A stretch of DNA of 11,064 nucleotides. Origin: Gemmatimonadota bacterium (lineage in GTDB: Bacteria; Gemmatimonadota; Gemmatimonadetes; Palauibacterales; KS3-K002). The notes below the pieces were generated by a model. It was not told where the DNA came from. It made no database searches and saw only the letters and a list, made by a program, of their open reading frames with translations. Positions 1 through 6,670 of this stretch are shown in pieces. Numbering within the stretch: the stretch's first letter is position 1; the number at the start of each line of letters is the position of its first letter. The stretch covers positions 2,213,475 to 2,224,538 of the forward strand of contig CP070815.1 in assembly GCA_020344215.1 (NCBI GenBank), written 5' to 3'. The position numbers were made by a program, and so were the translations under genes.

Positions 1-1
1 C

Positions 2-571
2 CTGGCACGCTTCGGGAAGCACTGGACCGAATCCGACCAGCAGCGTCTTATGGGCGTCAGTACGTCCACCTGGGTCGACTACGTCACCGAGAAGCTGGAA
101 GGGGCCATGCCGCCCGACGAAGTGTTGCACAACATCGTGGGCATAATGGCTGCAGCGTACGAGAGTGGCGATGTCCCGCTCCTTCCCGGAGCGAGTGAAG
201 CGTTGGAGCACTGCGTCGGCAGGTACCGCGTCGGACTCGCCTCCGGCTCGCCCAGATTGCTGATAGAAGCGGCACTCACGGGCGCCGACTGGCAGCGGTG
301 TTTCGAGGAGGTCATATCGAGTGACGAGTGCGCTCGCGGCAAGCCGGCGCCGGACGTCTATCTCGAGATCATGCGTCGCATGGGCCTCAGTCCCGAGACG
401 ACCGTGGTGGTGGAAGATTCGGCAGCCGGCATCCTCGCCGGCAAGGCTGCCAAGGCAAAGGTCGTCGCCGTCCCGCGTGGTTTCACCTCACCCGACAGCG
501 AGGCGCTCGAGCAAGCCGACGCGCGGCTGGAATCCCTGCACGCGCTGCCGAGTGCCCTGACAGAGCTGTGA
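2..571 (+). CDS. HAD-superfamily hydrolase, subfamily IA (phosphatase/beta-phosphoglucomutase-like); 5' end cut by window edge
   Basis: The frame of ORF 50..571 stays open back to nt 2 (LARFGKHWTESDQQRL-MGVS...), so the N-terminal DxD motif I lies outside the window. HAD motifs are visible: motif II 'VGLASGS', motif III Lys in 'RGKPAPDVY', motif IV 'VVVEDSAAGILAGKAAKAKVVAV'. Stop TGA at 569-571. Confidence 0.8.
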   Translation: MARFGKHWTESDQQRLMGVSTSTWVDYVTEKLEGAMPPDEVLHNIVGIMAAAYESGDVPLLPGASEALEHCVGRYRVGLASGSPRLLIEAALTGADWQRCFEEVISSDECARGKPAPDVYLEIMRRMGLSPETTVVVEDSAAGILAGKAAKAKVVAVPRGFTSPDSEALEQADARLESLHALPSALTEL

Positions 572-614
572 GCACGCGTAGCACCTGGCGCCAAGACCTG
601 ACCGCGGAATCTAT

Positions 615-1034
615 CTACCCCATCCTCACGCGTCGGCTCTCAAGGCCTGACTCCGAACACGTAAGGACGAGCTGCTCAGCCCTCTCCGGGTCGGTCGGGA
701 CCTCTGCACCGCGGTCGAGCAACAGATCGACCAGATCGCCAAAGCCGCGCCATGCGGCGAGACCGAGCGGCGTGTCGCCGAAGCGGTCCTCGGCGTTCAC
801 GTCGGCCCCACCGTCGAGCAGCCGCCGGGCCATGTCGGCCTCGCCCGTCTCGCGCGCGACGAGAAGTAGCGGCGTACGCCCGTAGCTTTCCGGGATTTCC
901 GTGTCGGCCCCGTGCTGCAGCAGAAGCGCGACCAGGTCGTCGTCGTTCCGAAGCACCGCCCAGTACAGCGGCGTCTCCTGCTCGAGGTTCGTGGCGTTCA
1001 CGTCGGCGCCGTACGAGAGCAGGTACTCCACCAC
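615..1034 (-). CDS. Ankyrin-repeat protein (about 3 full repeats plus a partial N-terminal repeat)
   Basis: The translation shows the ~33 aa ankyrin periodicity: '..VEYLLSYGADVNATN', 'ETPLYWAVLRNDDDLVALLLQHGADTEI', 'RTPLLLVARETGEADMARRLLDGGADVNAED', 'DTPLGLAAWRGFGDLVDLLLDRGAEV'. The start is GTG (1034 or 1031). An in-frame stop sits at 1056-1058, so the ORF cannot extend further. It has the same orientation as the upstream permease, whose stop is 27 bp away. Confidence 0.72.
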   Translation of the reverse strand: MVEYLLSYGADVNATNLEQETPLYWAVLRNDDDLVALLLQHGADTEIPESYGRTPLLLVARETGEADMARRLLDGGADVNAEDRFGDTPLGLAAWRGFGDLVDLLLDRGAEVPTDPERAEQLVLTCSESGLESRRVRMG

Positions 1035-1060
1035 GTCTTCGCGCCCCCTCCAGCCTCAGA

Positions 1061-3499
1061 TCAGTGCTGCCGCAGCGCTACCATCGGGTCGACCCGGGCG
1101 GCTCGTCTGGCCGGCAGTAGGGCGGCGGAGACCGCCACCAGCGCAAGCAACCCCGGCACGCTTGCCAGAACCAGTGGGTCACTCGCACTCACCTCGTAGA
1201 GCAGTCCCGAAAGCAGACGCGTCAGGGCGACGCCGACAGGAAGCCCGATAGCGATCCCGATGACCGCGAGGCGCGCTCCTTCGCCGACGAGAAGCCGGCC
1301 TATATCGGTTCCTTCCGCGCCCAGGGCCCTGCGCACGGCGAGTTCGTGATAGCGCTGTCTCAGGGAGTAGTTGATGACCCCGTACAGACCCACGACCGCC
1401 AGTGTCAGGGCGAGAAGCGCGAAGCCGACCACCAGAGCCGTCACGAAGCGTGAGGCCGCGAGAGACCGGGAGGCGACCCGCTCCATCGTTCGCACTTCGG
1501 TGACGGGGATCGTTGGATCGACGGCCCAGATGGCGTCCCGAACCTCTGCGGCGCGCCCAGCTGGGTCACCCTCGAAGCGGACCACCATCGCCATCGCTCG
1601 CCAGGCCGACTGCGCCTGGGGGACGTACACGACGTTTCTGTGAGCATCCGCCAGGTCCATGTAGCGGACGTCGCCCACCACACCGACCACCTCGAGCAGG
1701 GTATCGGTAACCACATCGCTCAGCGGCCGGATCTTTCTTCCGATGGGATCCTGATCGAAGAACATCTCCTGGGCCAGCGACTCGCTGAGGATCACGACCT
1801 GCGGGCCTGTCGGCGCATCGTTCTGAGAGAACGCCCGCCCCCTGATGAGCGGGATCCCCATCGTCTCGAAGAACTGCACTCCGACAATGTTCCAGTTTGC
1901 GAAGTGGCCGGTTCTATCAAGAGGGTCCTCTCTACCATCTACCGCGAAGGGCAGGTAGTCGAACAGCCCGTCCGCCGAGAGCGGGAGGGCGGATACCACC
2001 GAGGCCGAGACCGCTCCCGGAAGCGCGGAAAGCCTCTCGGTGAACTCCTGGAACACGTGGGCCATCCGCTGGTCCTCGGGTGAACCGGGTGCGTAGTGCG
2101 GGAGGAACACCTTCATGGTGAGCAGCCCCTCTGCCCGGAAGCCGGGATCCGTCCGCAGGAGCCTCACCGTGCTCTTGACGATCAAGCTCGCTCCCAAGAC
2201 CAATACGACAGACACGGCGAGTTGGACTACGGTCATGGTACGCCGGGCCCGACCGCCGGGTGGTCCCTGCCCGGATCGCGGTCCGTCCTCCTTCAGGCAC
2301 TGAAGCAGATCGAGCCTTGCTGCCGTCAGGGCGGGCGCCAGTGTGAAGACGAGCCCGGTGACGAGAGAGACCGCCGCGGTGAAGGTCAGCACACGGAGAT
2401 CGACGCCCCAACCGTTAATCCCCGGAATCGTCGATGGCGCCATCGCCGCGAGGGCGTCCGTCACCCAGACCGACGCGGCCATCCCCACCGCGCCACCCAT
2501 GAGTGCAACTACCAGGCACTCCCAGGCCAGGGGCTGCACGGAGCGAGTGCGGCCCGCACCGATCGCGGCCCGGATGGCGATCTCCTTCTGCCTCCCCAGA
2601 GATCGCTCCAGGGTGAGGTTGGCCACGTTGGCACACGCAATGAGAAGGACGAATCCGACGCACCCCATCAACAGCCACAGGGCCCGACGCGTGTTGTCCC
2701 CCACGACGTAGGAGCGGAGCGAGATCGCCGTCGCTCCAAACCCTCCGCGTGTATCCGGACGGTCGGCGGCGGCCCGTCGGGCGATCGCGTCGACGACCAC
2801 CGCAGCACGCGACACATCGACTCCGGGCCGAAGCCGCGCGATAACCGAGTAGCCCAGAGCGTCTAGCTCCAGCACCCAATCCGGCGTGACGGCCCCGAAC
2901 GTTAGAGGGATCCAGATCTCTGCCTCGCGCGGCCACTGGGCCTCGGGCGCGACCACCCCGACTACCTGGTACGACTCGCCGTCGAGATAGACCGTAGATC
3001 CGACGATCTCCGGATCGGCGCCGAACCTTCTCTCCCAGATTCCCCGACTCAACACGGCGACGTTACCCTGGCCGCGCTCATGCTCCTCCGGAACGAACCA
3101 CCGGCCCAGCAGCGGAGGAGCCGCCAGCACTTCGAAGAACCCGTGAGATACCACCGCTCCCCGAACGCGTTCCGGCCGGTCTCCGCCGCTGAGGTTGAAC
3201 CCCCAACCCAGGAAGAGTCCCATGTGCCGAAAGACCTCGGTCTGGTCTCTCCACCTCAGGTAGTCGGCATAACCGACCGGTCCCTGCTCGACGTTCTTGG
3301 CCGGGTTGGTCAGCACCAGCACCACCAGCTCATCGAATCGATGGTAGGGAAGCGCCCGAAGCAGGACACTGTTCACGACACTGAAGACCGCCGTGTTGGC
3401 GCCGATGCCCAGGGCCAGCGTCAGAACGGCGACGGCTGCGTAGCCCGGGTTTCTCCAGAGCCCGCGAAGCGCCTGCCTTAGGTTCTGAGACAGCGCCAT
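1061..3499 (-). CDS. ADOP-family duplicated ABC-type permease (two MacB_PCD + FtsX modules, MacB-like), no ATPase partner in window
   Basis: The ORF runs 1061..3592. The family-typical N-terminus 'MALSQNLRQALRGLWRNPGYAAVAVLTLALGIGANTAVFSVVNSVLLRALPY' begins at the ATG at 3499, which is Met32 of the track ORF. First FtsX module: 'LLIACANVANLTLERSLGRQKEIAIRAAIGAGR'. Second FtsX module and family C-terminus: 'AVRRALGAEGTDI...LLYEVSASDPLVL...LLPARRAARVDPMVALRQH'. This matches the TIGR03434 (ADOP) architecture from memory. Confidence 0.9.
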   Translation of the reverse strand: MALSQNLRQALRGLWRNPGYAAVAVLTLALGIGANTAVFSVVNSVLLRALPYHRFDELVVLVLTNPAKNVEQGPVGYADYLRWRDQTEVFRHMGLFLGWGFNLSGGDRPERVRGAVVSHGFFEVLAAPPLLGRWFVPEEHERGQGNVAVLSRGIWERRFGADPEIVGSTVYLDGESYQVVGVVAPEAQWPREAEIWIPLTFGAVTPDWVLELDALGYSVIARLRPGVDVSRAAVVVDAIARRAAADRPDTRGGFGATAISLRSYVVGDNTRRALWLLMGCVGFVLLIACANVANLTLERSLGRQKEIAIRAAIGAGRTRSVQPLAWECLVVALMGGAVGMAASVWVTDALAAMAPSTIPGINGWGVDLRVLTFTAAVSLVTGLVFTLAPALTAARLDLLQCLKEDGPRSGQGPPGGRARRTMTVVQLAVSVVLVLGASLIVKSTVRLLRTDPGFRAEGLLTMKVFLPHYAPGSPEDQRMAHVFQEFTERLSALPGAVSASVVSALPLSADGLFDYLPFAVDGREDPLDRTGHFANWNIVGVQFFETMGIPLIRGRAFSQNDAPTGPQVVILSESLAQEMFFDQDPIGRKIRPLSDVVTDTLLEVVGVVGDVRYMDLADAHRNVVYVPQAQSAWRAMAMVVRFEGDPAGRAAEVRDAIWAVDPTIPVTEVRTMERVASRSLAASRFVTALVVGFALLALTLAVVGLYGVINYSLRQRYHELAVRRALGAEGTDIGRLLVGEGARLAVIGIAIGLPVGVALTRLLSGLLYEVSASDPLVLASVPGLLALVAVSAALLPARRAARVDPMVALRQH

Positions 3500-3907
3500 G
3501 ACCACGTCGCACGCTCGATACCTGATTCGTCCGATGCGGCCGGTATTCCAACGGCTCCCACGACGGGTACGGTCGATCAGTCGCGCCATCACATCAACAC
3601 CCCCGAGTGCGGTCGAGTATTGAGCGGGATATGCCTGAGGTTCGAGGAGCAGAATGCGTGCCGACGGGGTCGGCCTCGGAAATCGGCCCCCTCATGCTGC
3701 AGTTGCGCGCACCAGGCTTACACTGCAATCGTCCCCGCGTGTTCGGTCTTGGGACCGGTTCGCTCGGAACCGGACACAGGAGAGTCCCATCTTCCGAGTC
3801 GGCGGTGCGACGGGTTTGCTAGGCCCTCGGCGGATTGGCCCGCTCCGGCTATTCTGTGCTCAAGGCTTCTGTCGGCTCTGTCACGATTGAACGCCGGTAC
3901 GCACAAT

Positions 3908-3958
3908 GCCGTTCAGCCCGGGCATTGGACCATTCAGTCCCGGCTATGGCCAGTTCGC
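3908..3958 (+). promoter_or_regulatory. Putative LytTR-regulator operator: three direct 9-mers with 12 bp spacers upstream of the GT-C/kinase/regulator genes
   Basis: The repeats are GCCGTTCAG (3908-3916), ACCATTCAG (3929-3937) and CCAGTTCGC (3950-3958). Start-to-start spacing is exactly 21 bp, and each 9-mer is preceded by TGG or a near-match. They resemble the LytTR consensus [TA][AC][CA]GTTN[AG][TG] arranged as 9-12-9. A consensus -35 hexamer TTGACA follows immediately at 3960-3965. Confidence 0.5.
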
Positions 3959-4111
3959 GTTGACAAGCTTCCCGGGCCGCTCGTACATGGGTACCGTGTA
4001 GCCTCGGATCAAGGACTCGTGGACCACTGAGAGGCTCCGCGAAACTGGAGGCAGCATGGCCGGCAAGCACTCGGGACGAGTCAGCGGCTCCCTTCCTAGT
4101 TGGGCCGGCCG

Positions 4112-5377
4112 ATGACACCCTTACGGACTGCCGTGAGCTGGATGGCTCGATCGCCGCTGCGAGCCTTCATACTCATCTTCCTGCTGGGCTTCTCGCTACG
4201 CGTTTACTTCCTGGCCAAGATTCCAGAGCGCCGCTTACTCCCGCACGATCGTTGGGAGGACACTGCGATCGCGACATCGGTGCTCGAGCGTGGCGAATTC
4301 GCGGATCCCTACATGATCCCCGCCGGACCCACCGCGCACTTGCCGCCGCTCGTGCCCGGGATCCTCGTGGTGATGTGGGGCCTTTTCGGGATGGGTTTGG
4401 CAGGCGGTTATGCCGCCTATTTGTTCAGCATCACGGCATTTTCGGCCCTCTACGCCTTGGTCCCCTGGTTTGCCGGGAAGCTCGGACTCGGCAGAGAGGC
4501 CGGTGTGCTCGGCGGCATCGTCGGCGCCCTGATCGTGTTGCGGCCCGGGAACGCCGAAGAGCTCGCCGGCATCGTCCTCGGCCTGCTGGCGATCGCCTTC
4601 CTGCGCCGCTGGACCTCGGGGCTCGGCTCGTTCGGTGGCTCGTTATTGATTGGGGCGGCATGCGGAGTCGCGTTTCATCTGCAGCCGGTTCTGCTGCCCG
4701 TCGTCTTGGGCTGGATGGCCTTCGAGTTGTGGTGGAGCCGAGATCGGCGGAAGTGGGCCCTGTCGGCTGCGCTGGTTATGGGGATGGCCATCGCTTGTGC
4801 TCCATGGGCCTGGCGGAATTACACGGTCTTGGGTGAGGTCTATTTCATCCGCAGCGACCTGGGGCTGGAGCTGCGGATGGGCAACAACGATGACGCCGTC
4901 GGTGCCTTGGAATCACTGGGCCCCGGGCATGTGTATCGGCATCCGCGCACGCACCCAGTAGAAGCGCGTTTGGTTCAGGAGCTGGGTGAGGCGGAGTACA
5001 TGCGACGGGCCAAGGCCGAGGCGATCGACTGGATAAAGGCGCACCCGGGAGACTTCATCGGGCTGACGGCTTCACGAACAACGCAGTTCTGGCTTGGACC
5101 TTTTCACCGGCCGGGGATTGCTCTGGCAGTCACGGTTCTCACGATACTCGCGCTCTTGGGTGCGTGGCGCTCGCTGCCGGCGATGACGCACCCGCAACGG
5201 GCGGCGCTCATGATGCCGCTGATCTGCTACCCGCTCGTGTACTACGTCGTCATCTATATGCCCCGCTACAGAATCCCGCTGGATTGGATTCTGCTAGCGC
5301 TAGCCGGCGCCGCGGTCTGGCGCCGGCTCGACGGTTGTGGCCTGGAATCAAGGGTCGGCAAGATTGACGGCGAGTGA
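4112..5377 (+). CDS. Polytopic inner-membrane protein, ArnT/PMT_2-like (GT-C fold, COG1807-type) putative glycosyltransferase
   Basis: The ORF runs 4100..5377: TTG at 4100 immediately follows an in-frame TAG, and the first ATG is at 4112. About 10-11 hydrophobic segments. The first loop 'RWEDTAIATSVLERGEFADPY' resembles the acidic (D/E)E..y...a...G loop of ArnT/PMT-type GT-C enzymes. 'WAWRNYTVLGEVYFIRSDLGLELRMGNND' and the C-terminal 'MPRYRIPLDWILLALAG' are typical of bacterial GT39/PMT_2-like proteins. It lacks the large C-terminal periplasmic domain of ArnT. That it is coding is secure; the function is a moderate-confidence recognition. Confidence 0.6.
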   Translation: MTPLRTAVSWMARSPLRAFILIFLLGFSLRVYFLAKIPERRLLPHDRWEDTAIATSVLERGEFADPYMIPAGPTAHLPPLVPGILVVMWGLFGMGLAGGYAAYLFSITAFSALYALVPWFAGKLGLGREAGVLGGIVGALIVLRPGNAEELAGIVLGLLAIAFLRRWTSGLGSFGGSLLIGAACGVAFHLQPVLLPVVLGWMAFELWWSRDRRKWALSAALVMGMAIACAPWAWRNYTVLGEVYFIRSDLGLELRMGNNDDAVGALESLGPGHVYRHPRTHPVEARLVQELGEAEYMRRAKAEAIDWIKAHPGDFIGLTASRTTQFWLGPFHRPGIALAVTVLTILALLGAWRSLPAMTHPQRAALMMPLICYPLVYYVVIYMPRYRIPLDWILLALAGAAVWRRLDGCGLESRVGKIDGE

Positions 5378-5437
5378 AATCTTATCAAGGTTCTGTGGGC
5401 GTGGAAGCGCGATAACTAGGCTACGTCGAGAGGTTCG

Positions 5438-6670
5438 GTGAGCTACCGCCAGGAGCAGAACGACCTCCGTAGGCCTACTTCCGGCCCCAAAGATCCGCCC
5501 GAGGCAGCCTCCCTCGATCCGTTGGGGCCCGTCGGCGCTCGAGGTTCGGCCGGGGGAAGAACCTTCTGGATTCTGTTTTCGGTGGGGTGGCTTGCCTACA
5601 TCGGGATCGTGGCCACACAGGCAACGATCGGACGCAAGCCCCTCGGCCCCCCGCTGGCCAGTGCCCTTGGCCCAATTTGCCTTGCCGTCGTCCTGGCCTG
5701 GCGGCGACGGGACCTTCTCCGACCCGAGTCCACACTCCTGAGGAACATCGCGGTCTATCTCGGATTGGGCCTGACGTATGCAACCAGCTCGGCGGTCCTC
5801 TCAGCCGTGCTGTTCGACTTGAGCGTCCCGCCTGGAGACACGTCGTTCATTGATGATCCTGTGGGACTAGCAAAGTACTTGTTCTTCGTCTACTTGATAC
5901 TGTACGCGGTGCTGTTGGGGTTCTTGATGTGGACCGAATCGATAAGCCGCGTTCGGGAGAGCTACGCCATCGTGGCCCGTGAGGCGGTCCTCCGGGCGCG
6001 CGCCGAGGCGAAGGCACTCAGAGCACAATTCAACCCACACTTCGTGTACAACACTCTCCACTCTCTCATGATGTTGGTCCGGGAGGAGCCGAAGGCGGCG
6101 GAGAAAGCCATTGAGGACGTTGCCGCCCTGATACGCTACGCCTCCCAGCTGGAGCGACAGGGCCAGGACACGGTCCTACTGCGACAGGAAATCGAGATAG
6201 CTGAGAGATACTTGGCGCTGGAGACGCTCAGGCTATCTGATCGCCTCGCGGTGGTATGGGAGGTCGCTCCGGGTCTTGAAGGTTACCGTGTGCCGTCCTT
6301 CTCTCTTCAGACCCTGCTCGAGAACGCCATCAAGCACGGCATTTCCCCCAGACCGGAAGGCGGAACCGTCAGGATTCGGATCGCACTTGAGCAAGGACAC
6401 TTAGCGATGTCGGTTGAAGACGATGGGATGGGAGCGGATCCCGGGGATGTTCTCGAAGCTGAGGGAAAAGGGCTGAGCCTCTTGGCTCGTCGTCTTACTT
6501 CGCTGTGTGGGCCGAGTGCTACCTTGACTTGGTGCACGGCCCCGGGGCAGGGGTTCTCTGTTCTCGTCCGGATTCCTCTGACACTTACCGCACAAGGTAA
6601 GTCGGGTCCCAGCACCGCCGGACCGGAGAGTAACGTTCGGTCTCCCAACGGAGGCGAGAGACTCCCATGA
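5438..6670 (+). CDS. Sensor histidine kinase, LytS/YehU family (4 TM + His_kinase PF06580 + HATPase_c)
   Basis: Signature 'LRAQFNPHFVYNTLHSLMMLV' (NPHF His codon at 6038-6040), followed by 'LLRQEIEIAERYLALETLRLSDRL' and ATPase motifs 'LQTLLENAIKHGI', 'VEDDGMGA', 'GKGLSLLARRL', 'GQGFSVLVRIP'. Four N-terminal hydrophobic helices span roughly aa 43-165. The GTG start at 5438 is the first possible start after the in-frame TAG at 5417-5419. TTG at 5522 is an alternative start. Confidence 0.9.
   Translation: MSYRQEQNDLRRPTSGPKDPPEAASLDPLGPVGARGSAGGRTFWILFSVGWLAYIGIVATQATIGRKPLGPPLASALGPICLAVVLAWRRRDLLRPESTLLRNIAVYLGLGLTYATSSAVLSAVLFDLSVPPGDTSFIDDPVGLAKYLFFVYLILYAVLLGFLMWTESISRVRESYAIVAREAVLRARAEAKALRAQFNPHFVYNTLHSLMMLVREEPKAAEKAIEDVAALIRYASQLERQGQDTVLLRQEIEIAERYLALETLRLSDRLAVVWEVAPGLEGYRVPSFSLQTLLENAIKHGISPRPEGGTVRIRIALEQGHLAMSVEDDGMGADPGDVLEAEGKGLSLLARRLTSLCGPSATLTWCTAPGQGFSVLVRIPLTLTAQGKSGPSTAGPESNVRSPNGGERLP

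Noticed and set aside
328-1120. Track ORFs 321..560, 328..885, 752..1120 and 901..1251 on the + strand, plus several short - strand ORFs overlapping the HAD and ankyrin genes
   Set aside because: The translations are Arg/Pro/Ser/Ala-rich low-complexity strings typical of out-of-frame or antisense reading of high-GC genes. They overlap ORFs with clear domain signatures.
1371-3481. Track ORFs antisense to or out of frame with the ADOP permease (e.g. 2096..2866 at 256 aa, 1932..2411, 2415..2936, 3080..3481)
   Set aside because: Same compositional artefact, rich in R, P, G, H and D. The permease frame carries unmistakable MacB_PCD/FtsX motifs across the whole span.
3501-3592. 31-codon N-terminal extension of the permease ORF (MMARLIDRTRRGSRWNTGRIGRIRYRACDVV)
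   Set aside because: It is Arg-rich and non-homologous-looking. The family-typical N-terminus begins at the internal Met (ATG at 3499), so I placed the start there, though the longer form cannot be excluded.
3947-3959. Possible sigma-54 promoter (TGGCC-N-TTCGC) within the repeat block, with the analogous TGGTCCGTTCGC at 7553-7564
   Set aside because: The GG-to-GC spacing is about 3 bp shorter than the TGGCAC-N5-TTGC consensus. The periodic 21 bp repetition fits a LytTR operator better.
3965-3996. Cluster of HindIII (AAGCTT), SmaI/XmaI (CCCGGG) and KpnI (GGTACC) sites resembling a polylinker
   Set aside because: There are no flanking vector-like sequences. The AAGCTTCC part is paralogous to AATCTTCC at 7572-7578, so it belongs to the native element. 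Six-cutter GC-rich sites are expected by chance in this composition.
3607-4118. Intergenic ORFs 3607..3822, 3620..4030 (136 aa), 3654..3890, 3718..3906(-) and 3849..4118(-)
   Set aside because: They have no recognisable motifs, show Arg/Ser/Pro/Cys-rich composition and overlap one another in different frames. They are most likely non-coding, and the region is treated as regulatory or possibly ncRNA instead.
5387-5437. Two weaker LytTR-like 9-mers (AAGGTTCTG at 5387-5395, GAGGTTCGG at 5429-5437) in the 60 bp gap before the kinase gene
   Set aside because: Each matches only 6/8 defined positions, and they are 42 bp apart start to start (33 bp spacer) rather than 21 bp. This does not exceed chance expectation. 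At most it hints at an internal promoter.
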